Part shown: positions 38,366 to 48,145 of the stretch, in pieces
How the letters are laid out: every line of letters starts with the position of its first letter
How positions within the stretch are numbered: the first letter of the stretch is position 1
Assembly: GCA_913045225.1 (NCBI GenBank)
Contig: CAJWPC010000004.1
Coordinates: forward strand, 26,626-90,625
DNA: 64,000 bases
Direction of reading: 5' to 3'
Source of the DNA: an uncultured Rhodobiaceae bacterium
Lineage (GTDB): Bacteria > Pseudomonadota > Alphaproteobacteria > Rhizobiales > TMED25
Position numbers and translations under genes: made by a program
Notes under the pieces: model-generated
The model's database searches: none
The model's input: the letters and a program-made list of their open reading frames with translations, nothing else
What the model was told of the DNA's origin: nothing

Positions 38366-39967
38366 CTAACCCAATAGGGCTGAAGAAATTAATTTTTTTG
38401 TATACTCATTTTTAGGCTTATTAAATATATTTTCTGTATAATCCATCTCAATAATTTCACCAGAGTTTAAAACCATCACTCTATCCGAAATATATCTTAT
38501 GACACGAAGATCATGGCTTATAAAAATATATGAAGTATTAAATTTATCTTGTAATTTTTTGAGCAAATTTAGTATTTGCAGCTGAACAGTTGCATCCAAG
38601 GAACTCGTTGGCTCATCTAAAACAAGTAATTTTGGCCTTAATATAATCGCTCTTGCTATTGCAATTCTCTGTCGCTGACCACCAGAGAACTCATGCGGGT
38701 ATCTATTCAATTGGTCAGGTTCCAGGCCAACATCCTTGAGTATTTCGAGAACCCTCTCCTTTCTGCTATTTGCATCTAACTCAATTTTTTGCGCAATCAA
38801 TCCTTCTTCAATTATCTGCTCTACTGTCAATCTTGGTGATAGTGATCCGAAAGGGTCTTGAAATACAATCTGTAAATCCTTTCTAATTCTTTTAAGGGCT
38901 TTGAAGGATTTTTTTGCAAGATCATCCCCCATAAAGATAATACTGCCATCAGATTTTATAAGTCTTAAAATTGATAATCCAATAGTTGTTTTACCTGAAC
39001 CTGACTCACCAACTAAACCAATTGTTTCCCCTAAGTTAATTGATAAATTGATATTACTAACAACTTTATTGACTCTTTTCTTACGAAATAATTTATTCTG
39101 TTCATACTGAGCGCTAAGTGAGTTAAGTTTCAATATCTCGAGTGACTTATTTCTTTTTTCTCTCTTTCCCACAAGATTTCTGGCATTGACCAACCTCTTA
39201 GTGTAGGCGTCTCTCGGCTCATTAAATATACTATCTGTTGAACCCTCTTCAACTAAACATCCATTTTGCATTACATAGACATAATCCGTGAAATTTTTTA
39301 CTATACTTAAGTCATGCGTTATAAATAATATAGTTAGGTCTAATTCACGCTGAAGTGTTTTCAATAACTTTAGTATTTCATATTGTACAGTAACATCAAG
39401 TGCGGTTGTTGGCTCATCTGCAATGAGAAGTTTAGGATTATTTGCGAGGGCCATTGCAATCATAACTCTTTGCCTCTCACCACCAGATAACTGATGTGGA
39501 TATCTTGTGAGTTTTTTCTCTGGTTCATTAATCCTCACTTTATGCATTAAATCGATAACTGTGCCCCGAATGTCCTGGGATTTTTTTATCTTATGCAATA
39601 TTAGAGCTTCGCTGATTTGTTTTTCAACTGTATGTAATGGGTTCAATGAGCTAAGCGGTTCTTGAAAAATCATAGATATTTCATTTCCCCTAATTGCATT
39701 CAATTCTCTTTTATCTATTTTTAGTATATCTCTACCTGAAAAAATAATCTGACTTTCATCTGAAATAACGGATGTATTTGGGTTGAGCTTTAATATTGAT
39801 AATGCCGTAAGAGTTTTACCAGAACCTGACTCACCGACAATAGAAATTGTTTTACCTTTAGGGATTGATATATTTAAACTCTGAATCCCAAACACTCCAT
39901 TACCACTAGCAGGAAAGTTGAGCGCGAAATTTATTATTTGCAGTACATTTTTATTACTCGCAATCAT
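38366..39967 (-). CDS. yejF: ABC transporter ATP-binding protein, fused double ATPase (YejF-like)
   Basis: Two Walker A motifs (GESGSGKT twice), two LSGG(E/Q)RQR signatures and two Walker B motifs. The ATG at 39967 (MIASNK...) is preferred because it avoids overlapping yejE. Confidence 0.9.
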   Translation of the reverse strand: MIASNKNVLQIINFALNFPASGNGVFGIQSLNISIPKGKTISIVGESGSGKTLTALSILKLNPNTSVISDESQIIFSGRDILKIDKRELNAIRGNEISMIFQEPLSSLNPLHTVEKQISEALILHKIKKSQDIRGTVIDLMHKVRINEPEKKLTRYPHQLSGGERQRVMIAMALANNPKLLIADEPTTALDVTVQYEILKLLKTLQRELDLTILFITHDLSIVKNFTDYVYVMQNGCLVEEGSTDSIFNEPRDAYTKRLVNARNLVGKREKRNKSLEILKLNSLSAQYEQNKLFRKKRVNKVVSNINLSINLGETIGLVGESGSGKTTIGLSILRLIKSDGSIIFMGDDLAKKSFKALKRIRKDLQIVFQDPFGSLSPRLTVEQIIEEGLIAQKIELDANSRKERVLEILKDVGLEPDQLNRYPHEFSGGQRQRIAIARAIILRPKLLVLDEPTSSLDATVQLQILNLLKKLQDKFNTSYIFISHDLRVIRYISDRVMVLNSGEIIEMDYTENIFNKPKNEYTKKLISSALLG

Positions 39968-39968
39968 G

Positions 39969-41081
39969 TCAATCAATAAATACCTTTCTCGGATCAAAGG
40001 CATCTCTTACACCTTCACCGATAAAAATCAATAAACTTAACAGGACGGCAATACCGAAGAAGCTTGTCAAACCTAGCCATGGTGCATGAATATTGTTTTT
40101 ACCTTGCGATAGGAGCTCTCCGAGTGATGCTGATCCAGGAGGTAGGCCAAAACCCAGAAAGTCGAGTGACGTAAGAGTGACAATTGATCCATTTAATATG
40201 AACGGTAAGAATGTTAAAGTCGCAACCATTGCATTTGGAAGAAGGTGCTTGAACATGATTTTGATATTTGACACCCCTAATGCTTTTGCAGCTAATACAT
40301 ATTCAAAATTTCTTGCTCTCAAAAATTCTGCTCTTACCACCCCAACTAAACTAACCCATGAAAAAAGTAATAAAATCAATAAAAGAAGCCAGAAGGACGG
40401 TGTTATGACAGCAGATATTATTATGAGCAGATACAATGATGGAATTGAATTCCATATTTCGATTAATCTCTGTGAAAACAGATCGGTTAGACCACCAAAA
40501 AAACCTTGTAATGCACCAACAATTATCCCGATACACGATGATAAAATAGTTAAAATTAAACCAAATATAACAGAAATACGAAAACCATACACTAATCTTG
40601 CCAAAACATCCCTACCTTGATCATCGGTGCCAAGCCAATTCCAATTCCAAATACTGCAATTTTTATCATCGATGCCACCCGGATAATTCTGACATCGGAT
40701 TTCCCTCTCGATTAAAAAAGATGGTGGTGAAGGGGCTGGAGATGGAATCTCATAATTGATTGTTTGGTAATTATAGCGAACTAAAGGCCACAAAATCCAT
40801 CCATTCGCTTCAATCTCATCTGAAATAAATGGGTCCCTGTAGTCAGTTACCGCCAGAAATCCGCCAAATCTTTCTTCGGGATAATCGATAATAATAGGCA
40901 TAAGTAGTTCACCCTTATAATAGGCGATTACAGGCTTATCATTAATTAAAAACTCAGAAAATAATGATACTAGGAAAAGAAAAAAGAAAATCCTCAATGA
41001 TATGAAAGCACGTCTATTTTTTTTAAAATTATTCAGCCTTCTTCTTGTTACTGGGGTAATATTTTTATATCGGTTCCACAT
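39969..41081 (-). CDS. yejE: ABC transporter permease (YejE-like, peptide/opine BPD family)
   Basis: 370 aa, polytopic, with an N-terminal extension typical of YejE and the permease EAA-like loop (EYVLAAKALGVSN). Confidence 0.88.
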   Translation of the reverse strand: MWNRYKNITPVTRRRLNNFKKNRRAFISLRIFFFLFLVSLFSEFLINDKPVIAYYKGELLMPIIIDYPEERFGGFLAVTDYRDPFISDEIEANGWILWPLVRYNYQTINYEIPSPAPSPPSFLIEREIRCQNYPGGIDDKNCSIWNWNWLGTDDQGRDVLARLVYGFRISVIFGLILTILSSCIGIIVGALQGFFGGLTDLFSQRLIEIWNSIPSLYLLIIISAVITPSFWLLLLILLLFSWVSLVGVVRAEFLRARNFEYVLAAKALGVSNIKIMFKHLLPNAMVATLTFLPFILNGSIVTLTSLDFLGFGLPPGSASLGELLSQGKNNIHAPWLGLTSFFGIAVLLSLLIFIGEGVRDAFDPRKVFID

Positions 41082-41105
41082 TTATATATATCTGTATTGC
41101 CTCGA

Positions 41106-42203
41106 CTATAATTCTCTCGTTTCAAAATCAATCCTTGGGTCAATCCAATGATACAAAAGGTCAGAGATTAGATTTATCAGTAAACCAATAAATGAAAAAA
41201 TATACAGTGTCGCAAAGACTACTGCATAGTCCCTATTTATAATTGATTCAAAACTTAATAAACCAAGTCCATCTAATGAGAAAATTGTCTCGATTAGTAG
41301 TGAACCGGTAAAAAATGCTGAAATAAATGCGGCGGGAAAGCCAGATATTATGATTAGCATTGCATTACGAAAAACGTGCCTTTTTAGAACTTGATTATCA
41401 GTCAAACCTTTTGACTTTGCTGTCAGAACGTATTGCTTTCCAATTTCATCTAAAAATGAGTTTTTTGTCAATAAGGTGGTGGTCGCGAAAGCTGCAAGTA
41501 CCATTGAAAGAAGTGGCAGTGTTATGTGCCAAATGTAATCAATTATTTTTCCAAATAGGCTCAAATCGTGGAAGTTATCTGATGTTAAGCCTCTCAATGG
41601 AAACCAATCGAGATAACTCCCGCCTGCAAAAAATATTATCAAAAATATTGCTATCAAAAAACCGGGTAAAGCATAGCTAACGACAATAATCGTTGAGGTC
41701 CAAAGGTCAAACTTTGTGCCATCTCTAATTGCTTTCATCATTCCAAGTGGAATAGAAATTAGATAAGATATAAGCGTCATCCAGAGCCCTAGAGATATTG
41801 ACACTGGCAGTTTTTCCTTGACGAGATCTATGACTTTTATATCGCGATAATAACTCTCACCAAAATCAAACGTCATATAATTGATTATCATATGATAGAA
41901 TCTCTCAATTGGAGGTTTATCAAAACCAAATTGTTTTTCGAGCTCTAAAATAAAGTCCTGATCCAAGCCCTGACTACCCCGATATTTACTATTTGTATCC
42001 GAATTTTGAATACCTTGGCTGAAATCCCCACTGTAACCTCCAGAAATTCGTGATAAGGCTGAGCTATCAGTTCCCTCAATTTGGGCAATTATCCTTTCAA
42101 TTGGTCCGCCAGGAGCGAACTGGATAATTAGAAAGCTTATTGCCATTATGCCAAATAGGGTTGGTATTATTAGGAGTAGTCGTTTGATTGTGTATGCAAG
42201 CAT
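41106..42203 (-). CDS. yejB: ABC transporter permease (YejB-like)
   Basis: 365 aa, starting MLAYTIKRLLLIIPTLFGI with the loop YVLTAKSKGL, typical of DppB/YejB-type permeases. Confidence 0.88.
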   Translation of the reverse strand: MLAYTIKRLLLIIPTLFGIMAISFLIIQFAPGGPIERIIAQIEGTDSSALSRISGGYSGDFSQGIQNSDTNSKYRGSQGLDQDFILELEKQFGFDKPPIERFYHMIINYMTFDFGESYYRDIKVIDLVKEKLPVSISLGLWMTLISYLISIPLGMMKAIRDGTKFDLWTSTIIVVSYALPGFLIAIFLIIFFAGGSYLDWFPLRGLTSDNFHDLSLFGKIIDYIWHITLPLLSMVLAAFATTTLLTKNSFLDEIGKQYVLTAKSKGLTDNQVLKRHVFRNAMLIIISGFPAAFISAFFTGSLLIETIFSLDGLGLLSFESIINRDYAVVFATLYIFSFIGLLINLISDLLYHWIDPRIDFETREL

Positions 42204-42234
42204 AATAACTGATCAATATTTTGGTATATGCGGT

Positions 42235-44052
42235 TTATTTACTCCACCAAGTAAATAAGTTTACATTGTAGTCAGGTAGATTATCAGAATATTCAAATTT
42301 ATTCCATCTTGCTACTCTCAATCCTTCTGAATAGTAGTGAGGGACAACAAAATAATTCCATTTTAATACTCTATCTAATGCTTTTGTTGTTGATATAAGC
42401 TCAGCCCTTGTATCTGCAAAGATAATTCCATCAATAAGCAAATCAATCGCTTCATCTTTTATACCAATTATATTTCGACTACCTTCAGAGTCAGCGGCCT
42501 CCGAGCCCCAATAGTCTCTCTGCTCATTACCAGGTGATAGACTTTGCGGAAAAGTTGCAACTACAATATCAAAGTCAAACTGATCCATCCTTAATTGATA
42601 TTGCGCAGTGTCTACCAATCTTATGCTGACTTCAATACCAATAGATCTCAGGTTAGTTTGGAATTGCGTTATAATTCTTTCCATGTCCGGTTGCGATATG
42701 AGAAACTCAATAACAAAGGGTTTATTTGTATTTTTGTCAATTAGTTTGCCATCAACAATTGTATAGCCTGCATCCATTAATAGCGTCTGAGCCTCTCTCA
42801 GATTTCTTCTCATGTTTTGTGGACTTCCACCAATAGGATTCTCATAAACCTCATTAAAAACTACATCCGGAATCAAATTACTTATTTCTAACAATATCTC
42901 ATACTCTTGCCCGTCAGGCAGAGATGTAGACTCCAACTCAGAATTATCAAAAAAGCTATCGATTCTCTGATATTGATTATAGAATAAGTTTGAGTTCAGC
43001 CATTCGAAATCGAATGCTAGATTAAGAGCTTTTCTTACAGCTAAATCTTGAAACTTGGGCTTTCTGAGATTCATTACAAATGCTTGCATACCCTGAACAT
43101 TTTTAAGTTTAAAAAGCTCAAGTTTTACATCTCCGCTATCCCTTGCAGAAAAATCATAACCGGTGGCCCATCTCTTTGATGAATTTTCAAAAATAATATC
43201 TATCTCTTTTGCCTTAAATGCCTCTAACTGCACTTGGCGATCCCTGAAGTATTCAAAAATAATAGTATCAAAATTATTGAATCCTTTATTTACTGGTAAA
43301 TCTTCCCCCCAGTAATCTTTGACCCTTTCGTATACTACCTTTTTATTGACTTGAACCTCTGCATATTTATATGGCCCTGAACCTAATGGAAAATCCAGTA
43401 TTGTCTCACTAAAATCCTTTGTTTGGTCACTCCAAAAATGTTTGGGCAATATTGGAAATTGGCCTGTAATTAATGGCAGCTCTCTATTGCCTGATTGGTC
43501 AAATTTAAACTCAATTGTTTTTTCGTTTATGATATTTATTTCACTTACATTACTGTAGTAATATTGATAATTTGGATTATATTCCTTCAGGGTTTCAAGT
43601 GACCATTTAACATCATCTGCTGTTATTTTTTTTCCGTCATGCCATCTTGCATTATCTCTTAATTTATAAATTACATACGAAAAGTCGGCGGGGTGGTATA
43701 TAGCCTCTGCTAACAACCCATAATAGGAGAAAGGTTCGTCGTCTGAATTTTTAAGCAAGCTATCGTATATGTAATAGCTGCCCATTGCGGGCACACCTTT
43801 TAGATTAAAAGGGTTAAGTGTATCAAATGACCCAATTGCTGGCTGCGTAAGGCTTCCACGCTTTGGAGCTGTTGGATTGACGTAATCAAAATGGGTAAAA
43901 TTACTTGAATATTTTAATTCATCCCCAAGGGTTAAAGCATATTCCCATGGTATATCATCTAAGTCTCGGTACTCTTCCGAAGCTATATAATTAGTTGTTC
44001 CAAATAAAAAAAATACAATCAGAGGAAGTATTTTGATTTTTCTAATAGGCAT
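42235..44052 (-). CDS. yejA: extracellular solute-binding protein, family 5 (YejA-like)
   Basis: 605 aa with a signal peptide and the size and pattern of YejA-type peptide-binding proteins. It is the first gene of the four-gene yej-like operon. Confidence 0.85.
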   Translation of the reverse strand: MPIRKIKILPLIVFFLFGTTNYIASEEYRDLDDIPWEYALTLGDELKYSSNFTHFDYVNPTAPKRGSLTQPAIGSFDTLNPFNLKGVPAMGSYYIYDSLLKNSDDEPFSYYGLLAEAIYHPADFSYVIYKLRDNARWHDGKKITADDVKWSLETLKEYNPNYQYYYSNVSEINIINEKTIEFKFDQSGNRELPLITGQFPILPKHFWSDQTKDFSETILDFPLGSGPYKYAEVQVNKKVVYERVKDYWGEDLPVNKGFNNFDTIIFEYFRDRQVQLEAFKAKEIDIIFENSSKRWATGYDFSARDSGDVKLELFKLKNVQGMQAFVMNLRKPKFQDLAVRKALNLAFDFEWLNSNLFYNQYQRIDSFFDNSELESTSLPDGQEYEILLEISNLIPDVVFNEVYENPIGGSPQNMRRNLREAQTLLMDAGYTIVDGKLIDKNTNKPFVIEFLISQPDMERIITQFQTNLRSIGIEVSIRLVDTAQYQLRMDQFDFDIVVATFPQSLSPGNEQRDYWGSEAADSEGSRNIIGIKDEAIDLLIDGIIFADTRAELISTTKALDRVLKWNYFVVPHYYSEGLRVARWNKFEYSDNLPDYNVNLFTWWSK

Positions 44053-44117
44053 AATAAAAATATAATTTAATAACGGATGAAAGTCTAATTGAAAGATTAT
44101 ATCTTCCTTCCCAACGT

Positions 44118-44666
44118 TTACTCTATTGTTGATTCTGAGTCAGGCGAAATATCGTGTAAATAAACAATAAGGTCAGCTCGGTCTTTCGGCTTTCTTATAC
44201 CAGCATAACCCATAATAGTTCCTGGTAACCATTTTTTTGGATTTTCAAGGAAGTGAAAGAGGTTTTCAAATGTCCAACTCTCATTATTGGCACCTCTTTC
44301 ATTTATGGCGTTGGAATATGCAAAACCATCCATTATACCCATTTGCCGATCGACTATATTGTAGAGATTGGGCCCAATTTTATTTGCTGATCCAGCTTCG
44401 AAATTATGGCAAGATACACATTTTTTTGCTACTTTTTGACCATTCTCAAGGCTCGCCATAACAAGTAATTCCATAACATCTACTTCAACTACCTCTGGCG
44501 TGACATCTGCAACAGGCATATCCATATCTGGAACATCAACTACATATGCCTGCTGTTCAAGTTCAGGTTCAGAATATAGGAAGTCTGTTACGATGGTTAA
44601 GACTAGAATGAATAGGGCGGTCGCACAAATTGCACCAAAAATTTTATTAATTTCAAAACTATCCAT
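44118..44666 (-). CDS. membrane-anchored c-type cytochrome (CycM-like)
   Basis: 182 aa with an N-terminal TM anchor, the haem-binding motif CVSCH and a distal Met region (GTIMGYAGI). Confidence 0.85.
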   Translation of the reverse strand: MDSFEINKIFGAICATALFILVLTIVTDFLYSEPELEQQAYVVDVPDMDMPVADVTPEVVEVDVMELLVMASLENGQKVAKKCVSCHNFEAGSANKIGPNLYNIVDRQMGIMDGFAYSNAINERGANNESWTFENLFHFLENPKKWLPGTIMGYAGIRKPKDRADLIVYLHDISPDSESTIE

Positions 44667-44787
44667 GTTGTATCAGTCCAAGTTCTTTTCTTATAATATA
44701 AATGGATTAGTAAAACCACAAAAAAATTTACTAATATTCAATAATTCTAATATTTAATTATATATATTTTTAATTAAAATATTCCAG

Positions 44788-45534
44788 ATGAATAATAGTG
44801 ATAAAACCATAATACTAATACCTGCGAGAATAGGCTCAACAAGGCTGCCCAAGAAGCCACTACTTAAAATAGATGGCAAAGAAATGGTTCTTAAAGTTTG
44901 GGAAAACGCCCAGATGTCCAATGCAGATTTAGTTATGGTTGCAACAGACTCGATTGAGATCGCTGAGGTCCTCAAAAAAAATAATGCGAAATATTTTATA
45001 ACTCAAAACACACACATAAGTGGAACTGATAGAATTCATGAAGCGCTAGAAGCCATAGATCCTGAGAAAAATTATAAATACGTGGTCAATTTACAAGGTG
45101 ATATCCCTAATATCAAGTCGAGTATTATTGATAAAGGGTTAGAAAAGATAAAGAGTACAGATGCTGATATTCTGACTTATGCTAGAAAAATAGAAAATCA
45201 GAAAGATATTCTAAATCCAAATATTGTTAAAATCGCAACTAATGTAAAAGATAGAAATAACATCGAAGCGATTTATTTTTCAAGATCCCCGATACCACAT
45301 GGCGCCAAAGTTTATCTTGAACATATTGGTGTATATATTTATAAAAGGGAAGCACTTGATAAATTTACCTCCATAGAGCAATCCACCCTTGAAAAGGAAG
45401 AGCGCTTAGAACAACTTCGTGCAATACAAAATTCACTAAAGATAAATTTAATTATAATTGATGACAAAATCATTAGCATTGACACGTTAGATGATGTAGA
45501 AAGATTAATGGAAGCCCAAAAAGGTCAGGATTAG
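44788..45534 (+). CDS. kdsB: 3-deoxy-manno-octulosonate cytidylyltransferase
   Basis: 248 aa with IILIPARIGSTRLPKKPL, NLQGD and E..E.LEQLR motifs. Confidence 0.94.
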   Translation: MNNSDKTIILIPARIGSTRLPKKPLLKIDGKEMVLKVWENAQMSNADLVMVATDSIEIAEVLKKNNAKYFITQNTHISGTDRIHEALEAIDPEKNYKYVVNLQGDIPNIKSSIIDKGLEKIKSTDADILTYARKIENQKDILNPNIVKIATNVKDRNNIEAIYFSRSPIPHGAKVYLEHIGVYIYKREALDKFTSIEQSTLEKEERLEQLRAIQNSLKINLIIIDDKIISIDTLDDVERLMEAQKGQD

Positions 45535-45536
45535 AT

Positions 45537-46400
45537 ATGAGCAATAAGATAGTTTTCCAGGGAGAAATGGGAGCATATTCACATATAGCATGTGTAAAAA
45601 AATATCCAAGTATGACAGCTGTCCCAGCTGCAACTTTTGAAGATGCTTTTGCCCAGGTGAAGACCAAAAAAGTAGATTATGCGATGATACCCATTGAGAA
45701 TTCGCTGGCTGGACGGGTGGCAGATATACATCATCTCCTACCCACATCGGACCTGTATATTATCGATGAATTTTTTCTTCCGATTGAACACCAATTAATT
45801 GGAGTTCATGAAGCAGATGAGAAGACCATTAAAAATGTAATGAGCCACAGACATGCGCTTGGTCAGTGCAGAAATATCATTAATGAACTAAAGTTAAACC
45901 AAATAGTTGGGGCTGATACAGCAGGTTCCGCAAAAATTATTTCAGAAACTAATGACAAGACAACTGCGGTCTTAGCAAGCGAATTGGCTGCGGAATACTA
46001 TGACTTAAAAATAATTAGAAAAAATGTTGAGGACGAAAATCATAACACCACAAGATTTATAATTCTATCCCATGAACCAGATGATGCTGAGCCTGACGGG
46101 AAACCAACCATCACAAGTATTGTTTTCCGTGTGAGGAATGTCCCAGCAGCGTTATATAAAGCAATGGGTGGCTTTGCAACAAATAGCGTAAATTTAACAA
46201 AGTTAGAGTCCTACATTATTGGTGGTAGCTTTTCTGCTGCCCAATTTTATGTAGATATTGAAGGTCATCCTCATGATGATAATGTCAGGTTAGCGCTAGA
46301 AGAGCTAGATTTCTTTTCTAGTGAACTCAAAATACTTGGTGTATATCATGCGAGTGAAATGAGATCAAAAACTGAGAGTAATGATCATTATCTTAAATAA
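45537..46400 (+). CDS. pheA: prephenate dehydratase
   Basis: 287 aa with a PDT domain (FQGEMGAYSH...IENS..G.V; NTTRFIIL) and a C-terminal ACT domain. Confidence 0.93.
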   Translation: MSNKIVFQGEMGAYSHIACVKKYPSMTAVPAATFEDAFAQVKTKKVDYAMIPIENSLAGRVADIHHLLPTSDLYIIDEFFLPIEHQLIGVHEADEKTIKNVMSHRHALGQCRNIINELKLNQIVGADTAGSAKIISETNDKTTAVLASELAAEYYDLKIIRKNVEDENHNTTRFIILSHEPDDAEPDGKPTITSIVFRVRNVPAALYKAMGGFATNSVNLTKLESYIIGGSFSAAQFYVDIEGHPHDDNVRLALEELDFFSSELKILGVYHASEMRSKTESNDHYLK

Positions 46401-46462
46401 TGGTCTACCTACAAATATCTATTAAATAACAATAAGTATTTATACCAATATCGAATATGATT

Positions 46463-46471
46463 TGTTATAAT
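46463..46471 (+). promoter_or_regulatory. extended -10 promoter (TGTTATAAT) for the SRP RNA gene
   Basis: A perfect TGnTATAAT at 46463-46471, ending 5 nt before the first base of the terminal SRP RNA helix (46477). Confidence 0.55.
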
Positions 46472-46476
46472 CTCAT

Positions 46477-46575
46477 GTGAGAAGTTAGTGCTGGACGCAA
46501 TTATCGCCAATCGGGTCAGGTCCGGAAGGAAGCAGCCACAACGATTTTTTTGCGGGTCATTGGCTAACTTCTCAC
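46477..46575 (+). ncRNA. ffs: signal recognition particle RNA (4.5S type)
   Basis: Contains the universally conserved domain IV sequence GGTCAGGTCCGGAAGGAAGCAGCC. The ends form a long helix (GTGAGAAGTTAG...CTAACTTCTCAC). Its position just upstream of dnaX is a common arrangement. Confidence 0.9.
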
Positions 46576-46603
46576 AAATTGCTGGATTAGTGAGAGTAAT
46601 AAT

Positions 46604-48145
46604 TTGTCTGAAAATACCAACTACAGAATACTCGCGAGAAAATATAGACCGACTTCATTTGATGAGCTTGTTGGGCAAAACAACGTAGTTGATACTATAA
46701 GTAACTCCATTCGATCAGGTAGGCTGTCTCAAGCATACCTATTTACTGGCATAAGAGGCGTAGGCAAAACAACAACTGCAAGAATTCTTGCACGAACAAT
46801 AAATTATACATTAGATAATGCTGAGTATACCCCTTTGATCAAAATTGAAAAAAAAGGATTAAACTGCGAAGCAATCATGGAGTCACGTCATCCTGACGTA
46901 TTCGAAATGGATGCTGCGTCTAATACTGGGATTGATCATATTCGGGAAATTATTAGTTTCGCTCAAACAAAGCCTACAATGGCAAAATTTAAAATCTTTA
47001 TTATTGATGAAGTACACATGTTATCAAAACAGGCCTTTAATGGGTTACTCAAGATACTGGAAGAGCCACCAGAGCATGTAGTTTTTATATTTGCAACAAC
47101 TGAAATAGAAAAAATTCCTGTAACCGTATTATCACGATGTCAAAAATTTAATTTAAAAAGAATAGATAATGATGTCATGTCTGAATATTTAAAAAAGGTA
47201 ACGAAAGAAGAAAATGTTGTAATAAACGATGAGAGTGTTCAGCTTATATGCAACGCATCAGAGGGCTCAATGCGAGATGCCTTATCAGTTTTAGACCAAG
47301 CCATATCGCTCTGTGAGGGAAATATATCTGAAGAAAAATTATCTGAAATGTTAAACCTCAATAATATAAATTTCATCATAGATCTTTTTGAAAACCTGAT
47401 ACTAAGTCACGTTGAACAGATTCCGGAAAAAATTAATGAAATTTATCAAAATGGATTTGAGTCGATGTCTGTAATTAGAGATCTGTCAAAAATTACTCAT
47501 ATAGCCTCACTAATGAAATTAAATATTCCGATACAAAATGATATATTGTCTGCTAAACAGAAGGAAATTTTGGAGAAGTACATTGTGAATACTGATATAT
47601 CCTCATTGGTACATATGTGGCAAATGCTTCTAAAGGGATATAATGATGTGAAAAATTCATTTAACCAAAATTTAGCTCTAGAGATGTTGTTTATAAAACT
47701 GTGTTATTCAAATCAATTACCACCAATTGACAGTCTGATCAGCGATTTAAAAGCGTCAGCTCAAAAAGACTCAAAAAAAATACAAAGTATAACATCTGCG
47801 CAAACAGAAGACCTGACTGAATCGGTCAATATACCTGAAACATTTGATGAGATAAAATCAATGCTTATTGATAATGATATCAGACTCGCAGATGAAATAG
47901 ATAAACTTGATTTAATTGAATATAAAATTGGGCATATAGAACTCACATCAAATGAGGATTTTGATAGTCAGCTAATTAATAATATACAATCAGCATTGAG
48001 AAATATGACAAAAATGGATTGGACAATTAATATTTCAGGAAGTAATCCAAAACAAGAAAATCAAATTACAATTAATAGTATAAAAGAACATTTCCCAGAT
48101 GCGGAAGTAGTCAATGAAGATGATAACATACAGAATGGGGGTTAA
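46604..48145 (+). CDS. dnaX: DNA polymerase III subunit gamma/tau
   Basis: 513 aa with a TTG start. Walker A GIRGVGKTTTARILA, Walker B IIDEVHML and sensor SRCQKFNLKR. Confidence 0.95.
   Translation: MSENTNYRILARKYRPTSFDELVGQNNVVDTISNSIRSGRLSQAYLFTGIRGVGKTTTARILARTINYTLDNAEYTPLIKIEKKGLNCEAIMESRHPDVFEMDAASNTGIDHIREIISFAQTKPTMAKFKIFIIDEVHMLSKQAFNGLLKILEEPPEHVVFIFATTEIEKIPVTVLSRCQKFNLKRIDNDVMSEYLKKVTKEENVVINDESVQLICNASEGSMRDALSVLDQAISLCEGNISEEKLSEMLNLNNINFIIDLFENLILSHVEQIPEKINEIYQNGFESMSVIRDLSKITHIASLMKLNIPIQNDILSAKQKEILEKYIVNTDISSLVHMWQMLLKGYNDVKNSFNQNLALEMLFIKLCYSNQLPPIDSLISDLKASAQKDSKKIQSITSAQTEDLTESVNIPETFDEIKSMLIDNDIRLADEIDKLDLIEYKIGHIELTSNEDFDSQLINNIQSALRNMTKMDWTINISGSNPKQENQITINSIKEHFPDAEVVNEDDNIQNGG

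Noticed and set aside
40093-40620. A 175-aa plus-strand ORF, the longest unexplained ORF in the track.
   Set aside because: It lies entirely antisense to the yejE permease gene. Antisense frames of hydrophobic membrane genes are often open. There is no start context or recognisable family.
46488-46688. A 66-aa ORF spanning ffs and the start of dnaX.
   Set aside because: The region is explained by the SRP RNA (conserved domain IV sequence plus terminal helix) and by the 5' end of dnaX.
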